A DNA stretch of 22,739 nt from Gammaproteobacteria bacterium (lineage in GTDB: Bacteria; Pseudomonadota; Gammaproteobacteria; Eutrophobiales; Eutrophobiaceae): the NCBI GenBank assembly GCA_965222155.1, contig CBDCTH010000003.1, positions 1 through 22,739 on the forward strand, in the 5' to 3' direction. Positions 7,712 through 16,137 of the stretch are shown here, piece after piece. Within the stretch, counting starts at the first letter, position 1, and each line of letters starts with the position of its first letter. The notes beneath the pieces are model-generated. The model saw only the letters and a list, made by a program, of their open reading frames with translations. It was not told where the DNA came from and searched no databases. The position numbers were made by a program, and so were the translations under genes.

Positions 7712-7795
7712 GGTGTCACGCCCCACTGATCCTGGCATGTACGCAAGGCAGTGCGAGGTAGTAGGTAGGTGTGGATCAGGGGGGACGTAAACACT
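7712..7795 (-). ncRNA. Candidate approx. 85-nt hairpin RNA (strand inferred)
   Basis: Terminal pairing GTGT..ACG-CCCC-a-CTGATCC with GGATCAG-GGGGG-a-CGT..ACAC; inner CGCA/TGCG stem; minus-strand TATAAAAA near 7818-7825 and T-runs downstream. Confidence 0.4.
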
Positions 7796-7849
7796 TACAA
7801 ACACTACATATACCGCCTTTTTATAGCTTTAATATGCCGGGCAGGTCGC

Positions 7850-7967
7850 TATGATATCCAGACTACGACACGTCTAGTTTACTTAGAAGATCATAATCTA
7901 GTGTATTCGCAACGGTAATCTTCCATATTTTAAAATCACCTGATTTTATGATATCCAGGCCACGACA
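7850..7967 (+). repeat. 21-bp direct repeat pair TATGATATCCAGRCYACGACA
   Basis: 7850-7870 and 7947-7967, 19 of 21 identical, upstream of the rightward operon. Confidence 0.75.
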
Positions 7968-7994
7968 TCAGGGTTTATTACATAGGACTTACCA

Positions 7995-8375
7995 ATGGAT
8001 GACATGATCCCAAAAAAGCACAGGGTTAACGCGGCGTTCCGCACGGGAGTCGACGCGCTGGAAGATCTGTGCGGATACGTGCTGCGCGGGAACGACGTGC
8101 GAGCTCACAAGCAGAAGGCAATCGTGGAACGATGCGTCACGGGCATAATGGATTGTCTGGCCGAAGTGCCTGCCACTCCCATGTATAGCCCGGAAATGGG
8201 CAAAGGTGGCCAAATGCTGCCCCTCTGCGGCTACTGCACGGAGAGTGACGGGGTAAATATAAAATCCTCAAAGTACGCCGATACGGACGAGCCGACGCAC
8301 CTTTGCAACAAATGCTGCACATCTACCACGGAGATGGCAGCGAGCAGCATAGACCTGACGCATTACCGGGGGTGA
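7995..8375 (+). CDS. Hypothetical protein with CxxC...CxxC Zn finger
   Basis: LCGYC...LCNKC; start could be ATG 8004. Confidence 0.7.
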   Translation: MDDMIPKKHRVNAAFRTGVDALEDLCGYVLRGNDVRAHKQKAIVERCVTGIMDCLAEVPATPMYSPEMGKGGQMLPLCGYCTESDGVNIKSSKYADTDEPTHLCNKCCTSTTEMAASSIDLTHYRG

Positions 8376-8415
8376 TGACATAACCACAAAAAGCAACACC
8401 ATACCCAGACGGGCC

Positions 8416-8565
8416 GTGAAGGGTCTTTGCAGTTGGTGCCATACGTCCAACGTTAGTATCGTGATACGAGGCGACCATAGCGTCTGCCTGCCGTGCATAA
8501 AAAAGTACAAGGGTATTAATGGATACCTCTCGTACCAGGCAGCCCAAGGCGGTCAGGATCGCTAG
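8416..8565 (+). CDS. Small Zn-finger protein (GLCSWCH...VCLPC); start uncertain
   Basis: Hand translation from GTG 8416; the frame is open further upstream to a GGTGA SD-like site that has no ATG. Confidence 0.5.
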   Translation: MKGLCSWCHTSNVSIVIRGDHSVCLPCIKKYKGINGYLSYQAAQGGQDR

Positions 8566-8613
8566 GTATACCGGCATGCGCCATTTTAATACCACGGGAT
8601 CAACATACATCTG

Positions 8614-8928
8614 ATGGCCGACATTAGACTAGACGAGACCACGCTGATCCTGACCGTCCCGGCAGACGATACCGAGCTTATGGTGTCTGACGTATCCGAG
8701 TCCCAAGACGGGAGAAAAGTCAAGAAGATCACGCTGGCAAACCTGATCAAGATACTCGACGGGCCGCAGAAAATGCAAATACAGACGAGCCATCCGGCCG
8801 TCCCCAACGGCTCCGATTACAACCTGATTTACGCTTATTCACCGGGCGTGGATCAGGACACGCAGGTATACGTGGCGCTCCGGCAGGCCGACGGCACGTA
8901 TACAAACAGCGAGGTGCGCGTTGCCTAG
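8614..8928 (+). CDS. Hypothetical protein, possibly virion/tail associated
   Basis: ADDTELMVSD...KKITLANL resembles motifs I associate with phage fibre proteins; overlaps the adhesin gene. Confidence 0.65.
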   Translation: MADIRLDETTLILTVPADDTELMVSDVSESQDGRKVKKITLANLIKILDGPQKMQIQTSHPAVPNGSDYNLIYAYSPGVDQDTQVYVALRQADGTYTNSEVRVA

Positions 8929-11524
8929 ATATGCCAAGATCGGCGTCGGGCATTATGCCGGGCAGTCATGGTACGACAAGCCCGAAACCGACTCTGACGC
9001 GGACGTGTCCAAGACGCTCCTTGAGCGTGACACCGGCAGGCACTTTATCCTATACGAGGGCGACTTTTGGAACTTCCAAAAGTATGAGGAGTCCATACGC
9101 AACGAGCCAAACTTTGATCATCAGCACAGGCCGTCCCAGCACCGGCAACTCGGCGACTCGCTGTCACGGGCCGTCCTGCGGTTTTGTTGGAGGCTCGACG
9201 GCGTTGACACCGACATTGACGACTTAAACTCTCTGTCACTCACCACCAACCCAAGCTGGCCCCGCTCAGAACTGTACCCGTTCCGGGGCGAAAAGTCATT
9301 CGCATTCAACGGCACGAACCACGGCGAGGTGTCGTATCCCGACTTTGACGCGACCGAGGGGTTTTTGATCGGGGGCTGGTTCAAGACGATCAGCGAAGCG
9401 GAGTCAACCATATTCAAGTATCGCGACGGCGCCGGCGCCTACGTGGAGGTGGCAATGAACACGACGGCAGGCAAGATAGAGGCCACCGTATCCGGGAGCG
9501 GCGGCAGGAACGCCGACGCGCCAGAAGTGGACATAACCGACGACAGGTGGCATTACGTGGGAGTGATGTACGACGAGCGAACGGGCGACACGTACCTCAT
9601 AATCGCCACACGATACGAAATAGAGTACTTTGCAAAATTCAAGGCGGGCGGAATGTGGAATTTCACCCCGGTAAACGGCAAGCTCGTGCTGGGCGCCGGA
9701 TATGACGGCTCCGCGACGGAGGACAATTTTATCGGGCAGGCAAAGAATTTCAGCGTGTACAAGCATCCTGACATTCACGTGCTAAAACACATCCTTGCCG
9801 GCGGCAGCGACGGTATCTCAGAAAATTCTACTTACACGCTGGTGTCAGATGTCAACGCCCCATACGCAAGTCATTTTGAGCTAGAACGCACGGCATCCGG
9901 CATCGCGGAGCACTGGCACGATTATGTCATAAATCTCGACGGCGGAGAGTATGACGTTATAATATCCGAGCAGCGGGGCCCCAATCAGGGCTCGTACGAC
10001 CTGTTTATCAACGGGGTAAAATACACGACTGCCAGCCGCCACTCCCAAACCAGAACGACACGAAGTTATGACGAATATCTCATACTGCGACACAAGGCCA
10101 TGCCGCGCGGGGCCACTCGCGTGAGGATCGTCGTGCACGGTGACATGTGCATATTCAACGAGATCTCGTTCCAAAAGGTGTCGGGCCCTGACACGAACAG
10201 CAGTGACTCGTTTTTCCTGTCCCCCAAGAATTTCAACCGCTCGAACCGCCTGTTCTTTTCGAATCCGACGCGCAACGCGCCTTACGGCCTGTCCACCACA
10301 TTCTTTGCCAAAAATGCGGACTCTTATCTGGAAGCGGACATGTATGCCGCCGAAGGCGGGTATCACTGCACACTGTCGATAAGGAATGGAAGCAACAGGG
10401 CAAAAGTGGCCATTATGATAAACGGCAAGACATGCGCCGAGCACGAACCGTTTGGAAAGACGGGTTGGGAGCTCGTCGGGTTTCACACGCACCTGAAAAA
10501 GGGGCATAACGTCGTCCGCGTGGCAGGAATCGGCACGAATGCCGCGAACTCAAAGTCTGACATCGGCGTGGGGCACTTTGCGGCCCACGCGAAAATGTAC
10601 GGCGGAATGTCGGATCGCGTGGTGATCAACCCGTGGGACACGGATATTGAGCACGTGGGTGCATCTGTAGTCGGCAGGCAGGTAGGAAACTATAGGTTTG
10701 GCGCCCAGACGCATTTTGACAAGGGAGACGTGGCGGCATACTATCGGTATTTCTCCGGCGGATGGTACGGCGTGGAGGGAACGGTAAACAAGCCTGTGAG
10801 CGGGAACAGCGGGGGACTCGACGTTTTGATCGACGACGCCAAGGTGCTAAGCGTGGCGAACGCGACCACATACGACTATAAGGAAAATGCCTTCGCAAAA
10901 GTTACGGCGGGATACCATAAGGTGTCGCTGAGAAATAATGATGCCGTGAACCCGATCGTGATAGGCGAGGTCGTCTTTGAGGCGATAGGCGTATTAAAAA
11001 ACGAGACCCCGCCGGAATTTGACAAAAAATACGTACCCATCGGGGCGGTCCAAACGCTCTTGGACGGAGAAGACGACATGTCCCTGATTTTGGGGGATAC
11101 AGACTACGGGGAAATCATAGTCAAGGTAAGCGCGACAGGCAGCGCGTCGAGCATCTTCGGACTTCTTTTGCGACTAAACGACAAGAAAACCGGCTACAAG
11201 TATCGGATCAGAATGGAGTCACCGATATACACGAGCCGCGCAACGTACTCAGCCAACGGCAAGGAGACTCGCCTTATGAATACGCAACTTAGCGGCACGT
11301 CAGCCCAAAAGGGATGCTGGGGGGACGTGCGCCTGCGCGTTGACGATTACGCCGGCACCAAGATAATAAGCGGCCTCCACTACTTTAATGCCTCGCAGGC
11401 GGGATATCAGGAGGGGGCGTTCCGGCTGGCCGGGGCGAAGGTATCAAAGATCGCGATATACAAGATCGGCAGCGCCACGATAAACGAGGGCGCGAGGATA
11501 GAGGTGTTTGGCAGTGACGTTTGA
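8921..11524 (+). CDS. Large adhesin/receptor-binding-like protein: LamG (ConA-like) domain plus three CBM-like beta-sandwich repeats
   Basis: FNG..GWFKT..DDRWHYVGVMYD..LGA..FIG (LamG pattern); repeated G.Y.(V/C)...(L/I).I(N/D)G...G.(N/H).V(R/S) units. Confidence 0.75.
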   Translation: MPRYAKIGVGHYAGQSWYDKPETDSDADVSKTLLERDTGRHFILYEGDFWNFQKYEESIRNEPNFDHQHRPSQHRQLGDSLSRAVLRFCWRLDGVDTDIDDLNSLSLTTNPSWPRSELYPFRGEKSFAFNGTNHGEVSYPDFDATEGFLIGGWFKTISEAESTIFKYRDGAGAYVEVAMNTTAGKIEATVSGSGGRNADAPEVDITDDRWHYVGVMYDERTGDTYLIIATRYEIEYFAKFKAGGMWNFTPVNGKLVLGAGYDGSATEDNFIGQAKNFSVYKHPDIHVLKHILAGGSDGISENSTYTLVSDVNAPYASHFELERTASGIAEHWHDYVINLDGGEYDVIISEQRGPNQGSYDLFINGVKYTTASRHSQTRTTRSYDEYLILRHKAMPRGATRVRIVVHGDMCIFNEISFQKVSGPDTNSSDSFFLSPKNFNRSNRLFFSNPTRNAPYGLSTTFFAKNADSYLEADMYAAEGGYHCTLSIRNGSNRAKVAIMINGKTCAEHEPFGKTGWELVGFHTHLKKGHNVVRVAGIGTNAANSKSDIGVGHFAAHAKMYGGMSDRVVINPWDTDIEHVGASVVGRQVGNYRFGAQTHFDKGDVAAYYRYFSGGWYGVEGTVNKPVSGNSGGLDVLIDDAKVLSVANATTYDYKENAFAKVTAGYHKVSLRNNDAVNPIVIGEVVFEAIGVLKNETPPEFDKKYVPIGAVQTLLDGEDDMSLILGDTDYGEIIVKVSATGSASSIFGLLLRLNDKKTGYKYRIRMESPIYTSRATYSANGKETRLMNTQLSGTSAQKGCWGDVRLRVDDYAGTKIISGLHYFNASQAGYQEGAFRLAGAKVSKIAIYKIGSATINEGARIEVFGSDV

Positions 11525-12149
11525 GCGGCATACCGGTTTTGTGACTACTGACACGCTGATGGGGGCGGTCTATGGATTCGCGCGAGAAAACGGAGTCATC
11601 TCATTTGAGACGGAGACCGGCAAGCCAGGCGGGGTCTCGATCATACTAGACGTAGACGACACCGTAATCGACGCGATCCAATACAAGAGCATCGAGGACT
11701 TGTTTATCGCCGGAAACGGCATAGACGACTACAACAAAAAGTCTCCCATGGACATCACGGAATTGCCGTCTGCCGGGATACGGATCATCGACGACGCAAA
11801 AGTGGCATACGAGGCCAAGCTCGTCGCGATGCAAAAAGTAGTAAACGACGGGAGCTGGGCGGCCACCATACATGAAGCGAAACTCCTAAACATACTCCAA
11901 GACAAGACGAGTCAGGCCATAGAGTCGTACCAGACGCAAGACAATTTTCAGAGACTCATTGACGTGTATAACACAATGCAGTGGAAGATTACCCTTCTGC
12001 GTCGGTATATGGCTCTGAAGAATCTAGACATAACTGATCCGGCAAACACCAGCCCATACAAGGGGTATGCCGATGACGAATGGGCCGTGCTGTACAAGGC
12101 GGTGCTAGACGGAGAATGGAGGGAACGCGACGTCTCAAAGCATCCATAG
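11508..12149 (+). CDS. Hypothetical protein co-transcribed with the adhesin
   Basis: 213-aa ORF overlapping the adhesin stop, with GAGGTG upstream of TTG. Confidence 0.75.
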   Translation: MAVTFERHTGFVTTDTLMGAVYGFARENGVISFETETGKPGGVSIILDVDDTVIDAIQYKSIEDLFIAGNGIDDYNKKSPMDITELPSAGIRIIDDAKVAYEAKLVAMQKVVNDGSWAATIHEAKLLNILQDKTSQAIESYQTQDNFQRLIDVYNTMQWKITLLRRYMALKNLDITDPANTSPYKGYADDEWAVLYKAVLDGEWRERDVSKHP

Positions 12150-12180
12150 ATTTTTATCCCAAAAAATCATTCCAGGCGTA

Positions 12181-12330
12181 ATGAATTGTAACACGTATAT
12201 CCTGTTCACGGGAGCAGTCGTTATACTGTTGCTTGTTGTCGGATATAATTGGTGTCGTGTTCGGCTAAACGGATGGAGGGAACGCGCCGTTTCAAAGCAT
12301 TTTTATCCCAAAGAAACATTCCTGGTGTAA
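12181..12330 (+). CDS. 49-aa single-TM mini-protein arising from a gene-junction duplication
   Basis: MNCNTYILFTGAVVILLLVVGYNWCRVRLNGWRERAVSKHFYPKETFLV; TAA overlaps ATG 12330. Confidence 0.5.
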   Translation: MNCNTYILFTGAVVILLLVVGYNWCRVRLNGWRERAVSKHFYPKETFLV

Positions 12331-13556
12331 TGGATATTGCAAATAGTACGATTGCCTTGCTCACAGGAATAGTCGTTATACTGTTGCTGTTTTCAGTAGC
12401 TGTTGTCGCGTTCGATCTGACTCCCGGCTGGGCCGTCTCTAACGTCAAGATAGTATACGTTGACGATCTGGGCAACAAGATAAAGCTGAAATTCGACGAT
12501 TCCGGCAGACTCCAAAGTTATGACTTGCGGATTGGAGACAGGCAATACGTCCAGTCCAACTCCACGCAGTCCACCATATCACTCGGGCAGACGACTGGCG
12601 AGACGTACGTCTACGTTTATGCCGAAGATCCGCCGGGCCTGCTGTTCCTGAAGAGCGAGCTGGTTGACGGCTCGTATCTCGTTACGGTATGGCACCAGGA
12701 ATCATCATATGCCGTAAAGTACATCTTTGACAAGCCAAGAACAAAGCAGGTAACGAGCAACGCTGACGGCGAGATGGCAGTTATGATGATTATCCAAAAC
12801 ACGAGACTTGTTGATAAGGTGGATCAGAAAATGAAGGAACTAAACCGCATGGAAAAGAACCTTAACGGCTTACGCTCGGACATATTGCTGATGCTCGACA
12901 GGGTTGATGCTGTTGAAAAGCAGGCGGCCGACGCGAAACTGCATTCGGAGGCAGTGCTTGCCCGCAGCGACGACAACCACGAGTCATTTCTATACCTGTA
13001 TAATTATACCCGTTTTACCCATAACCCGATGAATGAAAACGACTTGACGCAGGTTTATCAGGATATGCAAGGCTGGGGGGCAAAGAAGGCCGAATGTTAT
13101 GACGCGAGAGGCAAAGGAGGCGGCCTGTATGATAAATCAATGCAGGAGATCAAGGTGATCATGTATGATATGTGGAAGGCATGCACTTATGTTTTGGACG
13201 CGTATGAGGCATTCCACCTTCAACGCGATCTGATACATGCGGAGATATACCGGAACAGCACTGGCGTGATCACGTGGGAGCAATACCTGCGGCACTCGCA
13301 GGCAATAAGCGCGTACCAGGAGTATCTGCATATAAATATTATTGACGAGCGTCCCTTGAAGTCAGCCATAGAATTACAGATCAATGTGATAGAGCTTATC
13401 GAGAAGATGCTAGACAGTTCTCAGCTAAACGCGGGCAACCGCCAAGCCATGCATGACTGGGCTAATTGGCCTCCCACAATAGACAAGCTGATTCGGGCCG
13501 ACGGCACCAGTTATGAGCGTGTCAGCAAATCATATCCCGGGCCTGACCGCCCATGA
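12330..13556 (+). CDS. Secreted or membrane-anchored protein with central coiled coil
   Basis: Start moved to ATG 12330, giving an N-terminal hydrophobic helix (IALLTGIVVILLLFSVAVVAF); heptad segment VDKVDQKMKELNRMEKNLNGL. Confidence 0.75.
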   Translation: MDIANSTIALLTGIVVILLLFSVAVVAFDLTPGWAVSNVKIVYVDDLGNKIKLKFDDSGRLQSYDLRIGDRQYVQSNSTQSTISLGQTTGETYVYVYAEDPPGLLFLKSELVDGSYLVTVWHQESSYAVKYIFDKPRTKQVTSNADGEMAVMMIIQNTRLVDKVDQKMKELNRMEKNLNGLRSDILLMLDRVDAVEKQAADAKLHSEAVLARSDDNHESFLYLYNYTRFTHNPMNENDLTQVYQDMQGWGAKKAECYDARGKGGGLYDKSMQEIKVIMYDMWKACTYVLDAYEAFHLQRDLIHAEIYRNSTGVITWEQYLRHSQAISAYQEYLHINIIDERPLKSAIELQINVIELIEKMLDSSQLNAGNRQAMHDWANWPPTIDKLIRADGTSYERVSKSYPGPDRP

Positions 13557-13579
13557 ATGTGTAAACTAGGAAACAAGAT

Positions 13580-13777
13580 ATGAGTTGCAGGGGTATTTGT
13601 TCGAAACTGCGCGTATCCTTTAAGCCCGGCACCTCACCGTACGGCAGGGGGTACAAGAGGTGTCAGACTTGCGAAGTTTACCTTAACTGGAAGGGCATAT
13701 ATTGTCCTTGCTGTCGCAATCGCCTCAGAATGAAAGGTAAATACAAGAAACCAGATCACAAGAACCTGACTATATAA
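13580..13777 (+). CDS. Thaumarchaeal-type Cys-rich Zn-finger protein
   Basis: MSCRGIC...Y..GYKRCQTCEVYL.W.G..CPCC..RLR, a pattern I recognise from Nitrososphaerota small proteins. Confidence 0.85.
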   Translation: MSCRGICSKLRVSFKPGTSPYGRGYKRCQTCEVYLNWKGIYCPCCRNRLRMKGKYKKPDHKNLTI

Positions 13778-13843
13778 TCCTGTATTTTATTAAGTCAATT
13801 ACAAGATACATAAATATATATATAAAGCCGTATATACTGATAT

Positions 13844-13990
13844 ATGCAAACGTGGAAGAGAACATACACATGCCACAAGTGCCAAGGATCATGCGACGGC
13901 ACGCTTGGGACGCCGGATCCGATATGCGATGCATGCGCCCATAGGCTATACCCCGAAAACATGCGCAGACTATCCAATATATTGATATGA
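13844..13990 (+). CDS. 48-aa Zn-finger microprotein (RTYTCHKC...TLGTPDPICDAC)
   Basis: Hand translation; TATATATAAA about 20-25 nt upstream; paralogous to the next ORF. Confidence 0.8.
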   Translation: MQTWKRTYTCHKCQGSCDGTLGTPDPICDACAHRLYPENMRRLSNILI

Positions 13991-14160
13991 CAACACAAAT
14001 GAGAACATATGTATGCCATATATGCCTCGGACCGTGCAATAATATGCTTGGTGAGGGCGGACAATCAGCATATGCCCGCCGGGGGCCGCCAGACACGCTT
14101 GGGACACCGTATCCGATGTGCGACGCATGCATCTATAAGCTATGCTACGCTCGGTCTTAG
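13987..14160 (+). CDS. 57-aa Zn-finger microprotein paralogue (RTYVCHIC...TLGTPYPMCDAC)
   Basis: ATGA overlap; nucleotide repeat 13900-13936 versus 14094-14130. Confidence 0.75.
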   Translation: MTTQMRTYVCHICLGPCNNMLGEGGQSAYARRGPPDTLGTPYPMCDACIYKLCYARS

Positions 14161-14220
14161 AGATATGAGAATACTCGCGTTGACAAATATTTAATAATAA
14201 ATAGCCCCTAATTTGACAGT

Positions 14221-14691
14221 ATGACCATTACTACCGACGAGGTGATGCGCAATAGCATGCGTCTGCACGTGGCCGCGCTGGAAGCCGCATGCGCGCCTTT
14301 GACGCAAAACATGGATGACATCAGGACAGACACGTTTTTTTGGGCGCCGTCGCTGCCGATATTGGAGCGCGTCCTACGAGAGGACGCTCCGCAAGTCCGT
14401 GAGTACACGGAGGAGCTGTACGACTGTGATGATTTTGCGTTTACCCTAAAGGCAAAACTGGCCAGACAAGGAATAACCGCCGTCGGCGTGGTGCTGGACT
14501 TTTCCGGAGAGCATGCATACAACGTGGCAGCCACGCTAAACCCGAAACGGGACAAAAACGGGCGACTCACCACCACATGCGTGTACAGGCACTTTGATCC
14601 AGTCCTGATTGAGCCGCAGGGCAACAAGATAATAACCAAAGGGATCGGAGAAGGCCAATACAAGGCCGACATGGGGCTGGTGATATGGTAA
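14221..14691 (+). CDS. Papain-like cysteine peptidase, MOA C-terminal (Agglutinin_C-like) type
   Basis: DCDDFA...HAYN...IEPQ gives a Cys-His-Glu triad as in the Marasmius oreades agglutinin protease domain. Confidence 0.8.
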   Translation: MTITTDEVMRNSMRLHVAALEAACAPLTQNMDDIRTDTFFWAPSLPILERVLREDAPQVREYTEELYDCDDFAFTLKAKLARQGITAVGVVLDFSGEHAYNVAATLNPKRDKNGRLTTTCVYRHFDPVLIEPQGNKIITKGIGEGQYKADMGLVIW

Positions 14692-15206
14692 CAAAGCCCC
14701 CCAAGCCAAAAAAGTCAAAGCGTCGTCAAAGCCGCCCGCTCATATCCTCACTGATGGCGGCCCGGCAGATGGTCGCAAAACGCATGATACATGTGTCTCC
14801 GGCGGAGGTTCGGACCATCTGTAATATGCCCAACGTGGTCTTGCTTGATCGTGAGTATCGTACGGTAAAACGGGGAAAGCTGAAGAAGGTGCTGGCATGG
14901 GACAAGAGGAACAAGGACAGCACGGGACACACAAAAAGGTATTCTTCGAGGTACGCAGATGACATGTATGATCAGGACGATTACGCGTTTTCGCTAAAGG
15001 CGCGCCTTGCGGCAGTAGGGATATCATCCGGCGTGCTGATTGACACGACTGACTCCAAGACTGCCTATAACGTGGGCGTTCACATCTACGTGGTGACGCT
15101 TACCCGCAAATCGCGTGAAAAGGACTTGTCCATATGTGTGATAGATCCCATCGATAACAAGTTTATAGCGCCGCCCGTCGTCAAGAAGGGGTGGTGCATA
15201 TGGTAA
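14685..15206 (+). CDS. Apparently inactive paralogue of the upstream peptidase, with basic N-terminus
   Basis: YDQDDYAFSLKARLA..GI...TAYNV...IDP aligns with YDCDDFAFTLKAKLA..GI...HAYNV...IEP. Confidence 0.8.
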   Translation: MVTKPPKPKKSKRRQSRPLISSLMAARQMVAKRMIHVSPAEVRTICNMPNVVLLDREYRTVKRGKLKKVLAWDKRNKDSTGHTKRYSSRYADDMYDQDDYAFSLKARLAAVGISSGVLIDTTDSKTAYNVGVHIYVVTLTRKSREKDLSICVIDPIDNKFIAPPVVKKGWCIW

Positions 15207-15472
15207 TGGTGGAAATACCCGCCGAACTGCACATAGCCATACTTGCGGGGATCGTAGTGCCCGTCGGAACGGCTATCTGCGCACTGATATGGAAGATATT
15301 TGACAAGATAAAACGGATTGACCTGTTGGCGGCTCGGGTAAAGGCCATAGAAAAAGACATACTTGTCGGAATCGCTGACCATAACCGCATCTTTGTGAGA
15401 CTAGGCGACGTGGAAAAACAGAACGCGGGAATGGAGGCAAAACTGGACATACTGATCCGGCGTAAGATATGA
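15200..15472 (+). CDS. Small N-terminal TM plus coiled-coil protein
   Basis: Hydrophobic IAILAGIVVPVGTAICALIW followed by heptads; start ATG 15200 or 15206. Confidence 0.75.
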   Translation: MVMVEIPAELHIAILAGIVVPVGTAICALIWKIFDKIKRIDLLAARVKAIEKDILVGIADHNRIFVRLGDVEKQNAGMEAKLDILIRRKI

Positions 15473-16137
15473 TACACGCCAAAGTGACAAAAAGCTGGGT
15501 AATAACGATAATGTCCATATTGCCGGCGTTGTTGATGCCCTTTGTAAACGACATACTGCCGTTTGGGATGGTAGTCACGGAATCTGAGATACAACATTTT
15601 CTCATGCTGGCCCTGGGGATCGGCGGCATCGGAGCCGGGACTGCGGCGGTGAAGCGCGTCAGGCCGCGCCCCGAAACAAACGCCGCCAAGCCACAGGTCG
15701 ACACCTTTAGGCCGCCTGCCGGAACAAACACCGTCAAGCCACAGGCCGACACCTTCAGACCGCCTGCCGAAACAAACACTGTCAGGCCGTCGGGTATGTC
15801 CGTCCCGAGATTAGGGCCCGAGGTGGGGCCGAGCTCCGATTGGCTGCAAACCAACCTAAAACAGTCAGAAGAGGGGGCCATGCTGCCGCATGGTGAGCCA
15901 TATCTACACTTGAGGGTTGTCGGGGCAAAGACGTTTGTCTCCGGGGTATTAAGCACGATAAAGGGCAAGGCACTGTTGGTCGCGCAATCCGATCCAGATA
16001 ACGTGGAATTTATCAAGTTCCGAATGGCCCTTTCCGACAAAACGGCCATGCCAAAAGGCGAGTACGAGCTGAGATTCAAGTGTGACAGGGGAACTTCATA
16101 CGACATGGGCGGAACGTTGAGTTTTTGGATAATGTAA
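15469..16137 (+). CDS. Two-TM membrane protein with Pro/Thr-rich 16-aa repeat linker and C-terminal beta domain
   Basis: Two hydrophobic segments, then about 2.5 copies of RPPAxTNTVKPQADTF (48-bp unit, about 15660-15790). Confidence 0.75.
   Translation: MIHAKVTKSWVITIMSILPALLMPFVNDILPFGMVVTESEIQHFLMLALGIGGIGAGTAAVKRVRPRPETNAAKPQVDTFRPPAGTNTVKPQADTFRPPAETNTVRPSGMSVPRLGPEVGPSSDWLQTNLKQSEEGAMLPHGEPYLHLRVVGAKTFVSGVLSTIKGKALLVAQSDPDNVEFIKFRMALSDKTAMPKGEYELRFKCDRGTSYDMGGTLSFWIM

Noticed and set aside
7755-7766. GAGGTAGTAGGT matches the 5' part of animal let-7 miRNA
   Set aside because: Only 12 low-complexity nt, and promoter evidence favours the opposite strand; most likely chance.
15200-15660. 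Spindle-shaped virus major capsid protein
   Set aside because: The hydrophobic helices are followed by a coiled coil or a long soluble domain rather than forming a short two-helix hairpin protein; cannot be supported without a profile search.
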